NCBI GenBank assembly: GCA_963758135.1
Contig: CAVWUF010000002.1
Span: 110,822 to 174,821, forward strand
DNA: 64,000 nt
Direction: 5' to 3'
From: an uncultured Acidobacteriaceae bacterium
GTDB taxonomy: Bacteria > Acidobacteriota > Terriglobia > Terriglobales > Acidobacteriaceae
Part shown: in pieces, positions 54,689-63,369 of the stretch
Position numbering within the stretch: the stretch's first letter is position 1
Layout: each line of letters starts with the position of its first letter
The notes under the pieces: model-generated
The model's input: the letters and a program-made list of their open reading frames with translations, nothing else
Told to the model about the DNA's origin: nothing
The model's database searches: none
Program-made: the position numbers and the translations under genes

Positions 54689-54731
54689 AACCAAAGATCG
54701 GTTGACGTAAAGCACCTCTCCCCATGACTAT
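54689..54731 (+). promoter_or_regulatory. candidate promoter of giant gene C: AACCAAAGA-N4-TTGACG-18-GACTAT
   Basis: -35 at 54702-54707, -10 at 54726-54731, about 129 nt upstream of ATG 54860. The ACCAAAGA block sits 13 nt upstream of TTGAC, as for genes A and B. Confidence 0.35.
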
Positions 54732-54859
54732 CAACAGAGTAGTCCCGTTGAATTTGCAGTTAACAACCGGGTCCCTCTCCCAGCGCACGGGAACAGAACG
54801 AAACCGTCACCTGCGCGTTTACCGGTGGCGAAATATAAAGATCTTCTGAGGTGCTTTCG

Positions 54860-57800
54860 ATGCCTGCCAAATCGTCCCTGGATTCTGCGCGCCGCTTCTC
54901 GCCATCGCGCCTGTTCTCTCTGTTCATCGTCTCTTGCGTGTGGCTCGTCCCCATGTTGCTGCTCGGCACCGCCGCCAGCGCGATGGCTGCGGACACCTAT
55001 ACGGTGACCGTGCTTACCGACGACTATGCTGGAGGCGGCAATCTGAACGGCACCACCTCCAACTGTCCGGCCAACGGCCTCGGTAGCAACTGCTCTCTGC
55101 GCGACGCTATGACCGCGGCCAATGCTGACCCGGGAAGCAGCGTCATATTTCGTTCGGGGCTTTCAGGGCGCATTCCCGTGGGCTTTGTGCTTCCTGAGAT
55201 TGTCGTGAACATGACCGTCGATGGGGGCTCAGCGATTATCCTCGACGGCCTGAACGGAACCACACCATTCGCGGTGTATAACGCTCCGTCCGCCACGCCG
55301 ATCAACGTCACCATCCAAAACTTCACCCTGCAGAACGGCAACGGCCAGAGTCTGGCCGCAACCGGTGGCATCCAGAACCAGTATGCCAACCTCACCGTGA
55401 ATAACGTCGCCTTCCTGAACGTCACAGCCGGCAGTTCCGGATTCGGCGGCGCCATTTATAACAATGGAACTCTGACCGTCAACAACTCCTTTTTCTTCAA
55501 CTGCACTGCCAATAACGGCGGCGCTATTTACAACGATACCGGCGGCAACCTGACCGTCAACGGCAGCACCTTCAACAAGCTCTACGCCACGCAGTCCGCC
55601 AGCATCTTCCAGTACAGCACCACGCTGCTGGTTGTTACCAACAGCACTTTCACCGGAAATTCCGCCATTTATGGCGCCGGCATTTACAGCATTAACAACG
55701 CCAACCTCACCGTGAAAGACAGCACGTTCTTCGGCAACACGGCGGAAGACGGCGGCGGCGTCTCCTATACCGGCGACCCCACAAAACCAACAGTGGTCAC
55801 GCTCGAAAACAACTACTTTGCGGAAAACAACGAGTGCTATGCCGATCCCGGTGCGCCGATCTGCCCAACCAATGGCCAGTACGGGAACTACGTAGGGCCC
55901 AGCTCCTCGACGACCCTGGCTGCAGCCGGCCTGCTGCCGCTCAGCTACTATGGCGGCCTCACCCCGACCATGCTGCCCATGCCGGGTAGCCCGGGGATCT
56001 GCGCCGGCATTGCCGCCGATGTCCCCACCGGAGTCACCAAAGACCAGCGCGGCTTCCCGCTCAAAACTTCGTGCGTCGACGCCGGCGCGGTTCAGACTAA
56101 CTATCTCACTGTGAGCAAGGCCGGCGATGATGCCACCGGTATTGCTGCTAACTGCCCTGGTTCATCGTGCGGCTTGCGCGACGCCATCGCATATGCAAAT
56201 GCCGCGGGCTACGGCGACATCGATTTCGCGAACGGCTTAGCCAGCATCGCGCTTACCTCGGCCGGTCCCTCCGTGGGCCCCAGCGTAAATATCGTCGGCC
56301 CCGGCGCGGGTTCACTCACCGTCTCCGGCGCTAACCAATACCCAATCCTCGAGACCTCCGGTGGAAGCGCGTCCGTGTTCGGGATGACTTTCGCCAACGG
56401 CAATAACACCGCGAACGGCACCGGCGGCGCTATCGACAATCTGGCGAACCTCACCGTGAACGGGATGTACTTTACCGGAAACTCCGCGGCTACCTCCGGC
56501 GGCGCCATCTACAACGACGGCTCCGGGTCGGTTACTGTTATCGACAGCACCTTCGCCAACAACACGGCCCCCGACGGCAGCGCAATCTACGACAACAGCG
56601 CGACGGGTGGCCTGCTGATGAAATACAGCACCATCGCGAACAACACTGCTTCCGCCGACGGCGCTATCTACAGCGGCAGCGGCGCAGCGGTCAACGTCTA
56701 TAACAGCACCCTGGCCGGCAACACCGGCGGCGGCATCGTTATCGGCGGCGGTTCTACTCTGACGGTGGAAAACAGCATCCTGGGCGAGAGCACAGAGTGC
56801 TCCGGCTCAACCTCCTGCCCCGCCACAGGGACTCTGGGCAACGTCGTCGCCCCAACCAATCTCACCAGCGGCATTCCGGCCCTCTCCGCGCTTGGCTATT
56901 ACAGCGGCACGAGTGCTCTGTTCTCCACGCCAACCATTCTTCCCGAACCGGGCAGCTCAGCCATCTGCGCAGCCTCTGCCACGTTGATTCCTTCCGGCAT
57001 CAACACCGACCAGCGCGGCTTCCTTAACGAGAACTACACCTACCCCGGCTATCCGTACACCGCCCCCTGCTACGACGCGGGCGCCGTACAGACGGATTAC
57101 ACGTCGGCGCAGTTTGTCGGCGCTCCTTATTCCGCTGCTGCGAACTCTAACGGAGCAACTCCGCCCGTGATCGTTTCGGTCACAGAAAACGGCCAGAACG
57201 TTGGCGGAGTGACCGTACCGCTGAGCTTCACTGGAACCGGAACCGCCACCGGCCTGACGGCAACCACCGTCGAAGGCACGGGCGCCACCTTCTCCAGCCT
57301 CAATGTCAACCAGGCCAGCGGCGCCTTGCCTGACACTCTCTCCACCAGCATTCCGGTTATCGGCACCTTTGCCCTGACCGCCGGTCCGGCCAGCCTGACT
57401 GTGCAAGCGCAGGTCGTTACCTGGCCGGCACCGTCAGCAATAACCTATGGCACCGCACTCAGCGCAACTCAGCTGGATGCGACATCCACCGTGAACGGCT
57501 CCTTCTCTTACTCTCCGGCCGCCGGCACGGTTCTTACCGCTGGGACTCACATCCTCGTTGCGACCTTCACACCATCCAACGGAAGCCTGGGAACACTCAC
57601 CAACACGGTGACGATAACCGTTAACAAGGCGACTCCCGTCATCACGTGGGCGGCTCCGGCGGCTATCACCTCCGGTACCGCGCTCAGTTCCACCCAGCTG
57701 GATGCGACCGCCAGCGTAGGTACCGCCAACGTAGCCGGGACCTTTGCTTACTCCCCGGCTGCAGGCACCATCCCCTCTGTCGGAACAGATACGCTGTCGG

Positions 57801-59962
57801 TCACCTTCACTCCCACCGACACCACCGACTACAACACGGCAACCGCCTCCGTCAGCCTCGTGGTCAACCAGGGCGCGGCGCCAACCATCACCTGGCCAAC
57901 ACCGTCGGCAATCACCTACGGTACTGCACTCAGCGCAACCCAGCTGGATGCTACCGCCAGTGTTAATGGCAGCTTCTCTTACTCTCCGATGGCCGGCACG
58001 CTTCTCACCGCTGGGTCGCACGTCATTACTGCCACCTTCACACCATCCAACGCGAGCCTGGGCACAGTCACCACCACTGTAACCATAACCGTGAACAAGG
58101 TGACACCCGTCATCACGTGGGCGGCTCCGGCGGCTATCACCTCCGGTACCGCGCTCAGCTCCACCCAGCTGGATGCGACCGCAAGCGTAGGCACCGCCAG
58201 CGTAGCCGGTACCTTTGCTTACACCCCGGCTGCAGGCACCATCCCATCCGCCGGAACAGACACTCTGTCGGTGACTTTCACTCCCACCGACACCACCGAC
58301 TACAACACGGCAACCGCCTCTGTCAGCCTCGTGGTCAATCAAAGTGGTTCGACGCCGACCATCACGTGGCCGACCCCGGCGGCAATCACCTACGGCACCG
58401 CACTCAGCGCAACCCAGCTGGATGCGACCGCAAGCGTTTCAGGCACCTTCACTTACTCTCCGGCCGCAGGCACCGTGCTGAAGGCTGGGTCGCAGACTTT
58501 ATCCGCGACCTTTAAGCCGAGCAGCTCCAGCCTGAGCTCGGTCACCACCACCGTCACGCTGACCGTTAACCAGGCGAATCCGGTTATCACCTGGACGAAT
58601 CCTCCGAACATTGTCTACGGCACACCGATCACCACTGCCGAGCAGAACGCAACCGCCAACGTCCCGGGCAGCTACGTCTACACTGCTCCGCTCGGAACCG
58701 TCTACACGGCAGGTGTGCATCCCCTCGGCGTCGCGTTCTTCCCGACCGACCAGGTAGACTACGCCGATGTTTCGGGCTACGCCTACGTCACCGTCACCAA
58801 AGCTACTCCGGTCATCAGCTGGGCAACACCGGCTGCGATCCTCTACGGCACCACGCTCAGCTCTACCCAGCTGAACGCCACCGCCAACGTTGCAGGAACC
58901 TTCGCCTACTCCCCGGCTGCCGGTACCGTGCCGGCCGTTGGTACTGACACTCTGACGGTCACCTTCACGCCCAGCGACACCACAGACTACAACGCGACGA
59001 GCGCCGCCGTACTGCTGACGGTGGCCTCGCCTGCAACTCCAATCGTTCCTTACATTCAGGTGAACGGCGGAGCCTGGCAGAACATCTCCAGTGTCACGGT
59101 CGCCGCCGGCAGCACAGTCAATCTTGGACCTCAACCCTCAACCGGTGGTTCGTGGAGCTGGACTGGCACCGCTGGTTTCACCTCGACTTCACGCCAGATC
59201 ACCAGCATTCCGCTGCTCTCCGGCGTCAACACCTACGTCGCAACCTACACCAATACCTCTGGTGTAACCACCACCCAGACCTTCACCATCACCGTTACCG
59301 GCTGGCAGCAGATCGGCACCAGCGTGAGCAACATGTCAGTTGGTTCCGACGGCACACTGGTGGTGGTCAACTCGTCAGCATCGACAATCTGGGAGTTCAC
59401 AGCGGCGACAGGCGCCTGGACGCAGCTGCCCGGTACCGCCAAAGAGGTTGCCGTCGTCAACGCCAATAGCATCTGGTCAATCGGCACCAACCGCAATGTC
59501 TATCACCTCGTCAGCGGGGCATGGGTTCAGGTCGGCGTCAGTGCCGACGCGATCGCCGCCGGCTCCGATGGAACGGTCATCGCCGCCGATTACCCCAACC
59601 AGACCATCTGGAAGTATGTGTCCGGCTCTAACTGGACCCAGGTTCCCTTTGGCCTCTCGTCCCAGGTGTCGGTCGTCAGGAACAATGACTACTTCATCCT
59701 CGGCAACGGTCCCGGATACTGGCTGTGGAATTACAACGGAAGCGCCTGGTCCGCTGTTGGACAATCAGCCTACAGCTGGGTCTCCTCCGCCTCCGACGGG
59801 ACAGTCATCACCACCACCAGCGCCGGTAACATCTACCAGTACGTATCGCACGGCAACTTCACCCAGATAACCGGAACCATGAAAGAAGTGGTTGTGCAAA
59901 AAGCCGGCGCCTATTACGCCATCGGAGAAGACGGCAACGTCTACGGTTACGGCACTCACTAA
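54860..59962 (+). CDS. giant secreted beta-helix protein C (1700 aa) with MBG-like repeats and a C-terminal tectonin-like beta-propeller
   Basis: Leader MPAKSSLDSARRFSPSRLF ... LLGTAASAMA (alternative GTG at 54851). CSLRDAMTAANA and CGLRDAIAYANA modules with GGAIYN repeats. Then 7 ITYGTALSATQLDAT-type repeats, one GGSWSWTG unit and six W-x-Q-[IV/LP]-G blades. Confidence 0.85.
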   Translation: MPAKSSLDSARRFSPSRLFSLFIVSCVWLVPMLLLGTAASAMAADTYTVTVLTDDYAGGGNLNGTTSNCPANGLGSNCSLRDAMTAANADPGSSVIFRSGLSGRIPVGFVLPEIVVNMTVDGGSAIILDGLNGTTPFAVYNAPSATPINVTIQNFTLQNGNGQSLAATGGIQNQYANLTVNNVAFLNVTAGSSGFGGAIYNNGTLTVNNSFFFNCTANNGGAIYNDTGGNLTVNGSTFNKLYATQSASIFQYSTTLLVVTNSTFTGNSAIYGAGIYSINNANLTVKDSTFFGNTAEDGGGVSYTGDPTKPTVVTLENNYFAENNECYADPGAPICPTNGQYGNYVGPSSSTTLAAAGLLPLSYYGGLTPTMLPMPGSPGICAGIAADVPTGVTKDQRGFPLKTSCVDAGAVQTNYLTVSKAGDDATGIAANCPGSSCGLRDAIAYANAAGYGDIDFANGLASIALTSAGPSVGPSVNIVGPGAGSLTVSGANQYPILETSGGSASVFGMTFANGNNTANGTGGAIDNLANLTVNGMYFTGNSAATSGGAIYNDGSGSVTVIDSTFANNTAPDGSAIYDNSATGGLLMKYSTIANNTASADGAIYSGSGAAVNVYNSTLAGNTGGGIVIGGGSTLTVENSILGESTECSGSTSCPATGTLGNVVAPTNLTSGIPALSALGYYSGTSALFSTPTILPEPGSSAICAASATLIPSGINTDQRGFLNENYTYPGYPYTAPCYDAGAVQTDYTSAQFVGAPYSAAANSNGATPPVIVSVTENGQNVGGVTVPLSFTGTGTATGLTATTVEGTGATFSSLNVNQASGALPDTLSTSIPVIGTFALTAGPASLTVQAQVVTWPAPSAITYGTALSATQLDATSTVNGSFSYSPAAGTVLTAGTHILVATFTPSNGSLGTLTNTVTITVNKATPVITWAAPAAITSGTALSSTQLDATASVGTANVAGTFAYSPAAGTIPSVGTDTLSVTFTPTDTTDYNTATASVSLVVNQGAAPTITWPTPSAITYGTALSATQLDATASVNGSFSYSPMAGTLLTAGSHVITATFTPSNASLGTVTTTVTITVNKVTPVITWAAPAAITSGTALSSTQLDATASVGTASVAGTFAYTPAAGTIPSAGTDTLSVTFTPTDTTDYNTATASVSLVVNQSGSTPTITWPTPAAITYGTALSATQLDATASVSGTFTYSPAAGTVLKAGSQTLSATFKPSSSSLSSVTTTVTLTVNQANPVITWTNPPNIVYGTPITTAEQNATANVPGSYVYTAPLGTVYTAGVHPLGVAFFPTDQVDYADVSGYAYVTVTKATPVISWATPAAILYGTTLSSTQLNATANVAGTFAYSPAAGTVPAVGTDTLTVTFTPSDTTDYNATSAAVLLTVASPATPIVPYIQVNGGAWQNISSVTVAAGSTVNLGPQPSTGGSWSWTGTAGFTSTSRQITSIPLLSGVNTYVATYTNTSGVTTTQTFTITVTGWQQIGTSVSNMSVGSDGTLVVVNSSASTIWEFTAATGAWTQLPGTAKEVAVVNANSIWSIGTNRNVYHLVSGAWVQVGVSADAIAAGSDGTVIAADYPNQTIWKYVSGSNWTQVPFGLSSQVSVVRNNDYFILGNGPGYWLWNYNGSAWSAVGQSAYSWVSSASDGTVITTTSAGNIYQYVSHGNFTQITGTMKEVVVQKAGAYYAIGEDGNVYGYGTH
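57413..59026 (+). repeat. 7 in-frame tandem ~74-83-aa MBG-like (YG-type Ig-like) repeats, with a 471-bp two-unit higher-order repeat
   Basis: Unit pattern: P(V/T)ITW..P.AIT(Y/S)GTALS.TQLDATA.V.G(S/T)F.YSPAAGT ... FTP(S/T) ... V.L.VN. Units 1+2 are repeated as units 3+4; the off-frame track ORFs 57646.. and 58117.. have matching translations. Confidence 0.8.
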
Positions 59963-60022
59963 ACACTAAACCGGAAACCCCGGCCGCCGATAAGCGGTGG
60001 CCGGATTGATTCACCACTCACC

Positions 60023-60055
60023 AGGGGCGAGCTTCCATGCTCGCCCCTCTTTTTT
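60023..60055 (+). terminator. rho-independent terminator after gene C
   Basis: Perfect 10-bp stem aggggcgagc (60023-60032) / gctcgcccct (60039-60048), 6-nt loop, then cTTTTTT. Confidence 0.8.
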
Positions 60056-60267
60056 GCACTCGGTCGAACGCTGCAAGCCCACCCCCAAAAGCATCATCAC
60101 CCTCTACTACTCAGGTAACCAAATCAGGGACACCGCCTCCCTGAAAGTGGGATACCACCGGCATCCCCACCTCCCTATAGTCCGAGTTAGATTCGCACTC
60201 CGGAAAGCACTGAAGCCTGCTGGGCTTCTCCGCTCTCCTGGGTACGGTGATCGTGGTGCCTCCCGTT

Positions 60268-60984
60268 ATGAAAAGCCTGTTGTCCGGACATTCTGCTTTG
60301 GTCTCTCCGCGTGTGTTGCTCGGCGTGGGCCTCGTCGCCTCGATGGCTCTTTTCGCTGGAACAGGGTGCACCTCGCGCTCGCTCACCGGACTCACCATCC
60401 AGCCCGCCATCGGACTTACCTGCGTAGTCCCCGGTGTCTCGGCGCAGTTTAAGGCCTACGGCACTTACACTGAAGGCGGACACTCCGCCGAAACCGAAGA
60501 CATCACTTCGCTGGTGACCTGGTCCTCCACCATTCCTGCCGTTGCTACCGTTAACTCCTCGGGCCTGGCCACCGGCGTCAACCTCGGATCCACCGGCATC
60601 ATCGCCAGCATCCAGGGACCCTTCGGAAACGTCAACGCCACTTCAAACATCGATGTCGAGAGTCCCTGCACCGTGACGGGCGCGGTCGCCAAACCGCTGA
60701 CCCTCACCGTGATTCCCGCCAGTCAGACCCTCACCTCCATAGGCCAAACCGCACGCCTTCTTGCCATCGCCACGTACGACGGCGGAACAAAGACCTCCGA
60801 TTTCTCCCGGCAGGCCGCCTGGGAATCCAGCGACGAGCGCGTCGCCACGGTGGATGGGGCCGGCCTGGTTACCGGCGTTGGGCCCGGCGATGCCGTCATT
60901 ACCGCTCGCGTGAAGATCCCCGGTGGAGACGCCGTTTCCGCTGCACAGACAGTTCACTTCCTCGCCGAGGGCCAGGACAAGTAG
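60268..60984 (+). CDS. secreted (possibly lipo-)protein with two bacterial Ig-like (Big_2) domains
   Basis: Signal peptide MKSLLSGHSALVSPRVLLGVGLVASMALFAGTGC. Big_2-type motifs VATVNSSGLATGVNLGSTGIIASI and VATVDGAGLVTGVGPGDAVITARV. The track ORF starts at 60247. Confidence 0.75.
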   Translation: MKSLLSGHSALVSPRVLLGVGLVASMALFAGTGCTSRSLTGLTIQPAIGLTCVVPGVSAQFKAYGTYTEGGHSAETEDITSLVTWSSTIPAVATVNSSGLATGVNLGSTGIIASIQGPFGNVNATSNIDVESPCTVTGAVAKPLTLTVIPASQTLTSIGQTARLLAIATYDGGTKTSDFSRQAAWESSDERVATVDGAGLVTGVGPGDAVITARVKIPGGDAVSAAQTVHFLAEGQDK

Positions 60985-61028
60985 CCAACGTTAACCCGCA
61001 CTGCAACGTAAGATCGTGGGTTCGAAAA

Positions 61029-61063
61029 AGCGTCTGCCAAACAGCAGGCGCTTTCTGTTTTTT
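61029..61063 (+). terminator. rho-independent terminator after the Big_2 gene
   Basis: Stem agcgtctgc (61029-61037) / gcaggcgct (61044-61052) with one G-U pair and a 6-nt loop, followed by ttctgtttttt. Confidence 0.65.
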
Positions 61064-61164
61064 GCCCGAATCCCCCCCTCTGGTCCCGATAGCCCCTTCC
61101 CCAGCCCAGAAGCCCCGGGCTTTGTCCATTCCACTTTGGTGGGCGAAATCCCCCCAGGTATCAA

Positions 61165-62241
61165 GTGTCTAAATACCCCCTTGCATTCCAGACAAATAAC
61201 TTTCGATACACTGGTGCTCCTGTGGAACGAAACGAACCCATTTACGCCCGCGATCTCTACGACGCATTGACAGATCGCTTTCGTGCTAATGCCGAGAAAG
61301 CCGAGATCACCCTCACTGGCGGAGGCGTCCAATGGAGATGTTCCGCTCAACTGGGCAACAGAACCTGCTGGGTGGGCTGTTTCGAGGTCGGCGGTCCAGA
61401 GTACCTCACCTTCTTCGAAGAGGACGGCAGAAGGATCGCCACCGGGCGAACGCCCCTGCGCACGGAAACTGTGAATGCCGTCTGGCACTGGCTCGAAGGC
61501 GTCGCTCTCGATGCACTCTATCGTCAATTCTGCTTCGTCGACTGGGAGAAGCGCCAAATCCTCGCCATCCGCGAATCTGTCCTCGCCTCTGCCCCTGACA
61601 TCGCGATGGCGGCCAGCAACGTACTCAGCGTTACCGGCTCCGGGGTCTCCCACCTCTGGTTTCACACCGACAAACGGTCGGCCCACATCCATTTCGCTTC
61701 GCGCCACGAATTTCCCCAGGCCGTCTTCCACTGGGATCAAAGCGAGCTCTTTCGTTTCGATGCAGCCGACAAACGATCCCTTGCCGCGGTCCTCGCGCGT
61801 TGGCTTGCCGATAATGCGCCGCCCTCCAAACTCCGTAAGGAATTTCCCTGGCTTCAGATCGGTCCTCTCGCCGACTACTACGAGAAAGGCAATCCCGTCG
61901 AAGGCGAGTTCATTGAGAGCTGGGATCAGACCGAGCGCGTCTACGAGGGCTCCCGTTTCCCGCCCCGAAACCTCATTCTTCCCTTTATTTCCGACCTCCG
62001 CCGCGCCGGATTCGATCGCAAAATGCGAGCCGGCCAGTCCGTCTGGTCCCTTATCATTTCGCGCTCGCGTCGCCCCCGTCTGCGCCCCGAACAACCCCTT
62101 GTTTCCTTCCAGTTTCGCGAGAGCAGCATGGAAGTCTTCACCCGCAATCAGGAGGAACACCGCATCTCCGTGCTTCCCATCGAGATGTCGGATACGGTGG
62201 AACGGGCCCTCTCACGGCTCGCCCAACAACCCATCGATTAG
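61165..62241 (+). CDS. hypothetical protein, no family recognised
   Basis: 358-aa ORF with a GTG start and balanced, W/F/Y-containing composition. The competing minus-strand ORF 60991..62160 runs through the terminator at 61029-61063 and has an antisense-shadow composition. Coding status rests on ORF length and composition only. Confidence 0.5.
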   Translation: MSKYPLAFQTNNFRYTGAPVERNEPIYARDLYDALTDRFRANAEKAEITLTGGGVQWRCSAQLGNRTCWVGCFEVGGPEYLTFFEEDGRRIATGRTPLRTETVNAVWHWLEGVALDALYRQFCFVDWEKRQILAIRESVLASAPDIAMAASNVLSVTGSGVSHLWFHTDKRSAHIHFASRHEFPQAVFHWDQSELFRFDAADKRSLAAVLARWLADNAPPSKLRKEFPWLQIGPLADYYEKGNPVEGEFIESWDQTERVYEGSRFPPRNLILPFISDLRRAGFDRKMRAGQSVWSLIISRSRRPRLRPEQPLVSFQFRESSMEVFTRNQEEHRISVLPIEMSDTVERALSRLAQQPID

Positions 62242-62352
62242 CCGGCAGCGGCGGTTCGGAGCCCCGCCTTCCTTTCTGCTGACCCTCCACTTGGCCTCCG
62301 CTCCCGCGCGCGGCATATACTGTCCCCTGCTGTTTCGCCGCAGGAGAAATGG

Positions 62353-63336
62353 ATGTCCTTATCGCGTCGTGAATTCTTGGGCGGCCTCGCGGCAGCGGGC
62401 GCCATGACTGCTCTGCCCCAAACCTCTTCCTCACTCGCTCTCGACCCCGTACCAGCCACCTGCCCTTTCCGGCTTTCGGTCATCAACGACGAAATCTCTC
62501 AGGACTTCGACCACGCCTGCTCCGTCGCCGCTCACGACTTCGGCCTGCACTGGATCGAACTCCGCAGCATGTGGAGCAAAAACGTAACCGACCTCGACGC
62601 CGCTCAGCTGGCTGAAGCCCAGCGCATCCTTAAAAAGTACGACCTGCGCGTAACCGATATCGCCAGCCCGCTCTACAAGGTCGACTGGCCCGGCGCGCCT
62701 CGCAAAGACGGACAGGAGCGCGATCAGTTCCACGCCGCCGACAACGATTTCGCCAAACAGGATGCGCTGCTCGAGCATTGCATCGATCTCACCCGAGCCT
62801 TCGATACGAATCGCATCCGCTGCTTCGATTTCTGGCGCCTCGACGATCAGAAACCGTACCGCGCCGCCATCAACGCAAAGCTCGCGCAGGCCGCCGAAGT
62901 CTGCGCTAAGCACAACGTCATCCTTCTGCTCGAAAACGAAATGTCCTGTAACACCGCGACTGGCGAAGAGGCAGCCGCCGCGCTCAAAGCCATCCCAAAT
63001 AAAAACTTCATGCTCAACTGGGATCCCGGCAACGCTGGAACCTTCCCGGACGCAGTCCCGTTTCCCAACGGCTACGACCTCCTGCCCAAAGACCGCATCG
63101 GTCATTGCCACGCCAAGAATGTAACCCGTCAGCCAGGCGGCAAATACGAATGGCAGCCGGTCGGCGCCGGAGTCGTCGATTGGGTCGGCCAGCTGCGCGC
63201 ACTCCGCCAGGATGGCTATCGCTATGCGGTCAGCCTCGAAACCCACTGGCGCGGCGCCGGAACACCCGAAGCCTCCTCGCGCATCAGCATGGCCGATTTG
63301 AAAAAAGCCCTTGCGCAATCGGGCGCAACCTGCTGA
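62353..63336 (+). CDS. Tat-signal sugar phosphate isomerase/epimerase (xylose isomerase-like TIM barrel)
   Basis: Twin-arginine leader MSLSRREFLGGLAAAGAMTALP, then IELRSMW ..., ILLLENE ..., HCHAKN ..., VSLETHW, typical of the AP_endonuc_2/TIM-barrel family. Confidence 0.8.
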   Translation: MSLSRREFLGGLAAAGAMTALPQTSSSLALDPVPATCPFRLSVINDEISQDFDHACSVAAHDFGLHWIELRSMWSKNVTDLDAAQLAEAQRILKKYDLRVTDIASPLYKVDWPGAPRKDGQERDQFHAADNDFAKQDALLEHCIDLTRAFDTNRIRCFDFWRLDDQKPYRAAINAKLAQAAEVCAKHNVILLLENEMSCNTATGEEAAAALKAIPNKNFMLNWDPGNAGTFPDAVPFPNGYDLLPKDRIGHCHAKNVTRQPGGKYEWQPVGAGVVDWVGQLRALRQDGYRYAVSLETHWRGAGTPEASSRISMADLKKALAQSGATC

Positions 63337-63369
63337 ACGCGGTAGACGACTTACTTTCAGGGAGACATC

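Noticed and set aside
61016-61026. gtgggttcgaa, a tRNA T-arm-like string near the end of the Big_2 gene. Considered as a tRNA fragment or att site.
   Set aside because: There is no complementary acceptor or T-stem and no cloverleaf around it. No integrase or direct repeat partner is present in the window.
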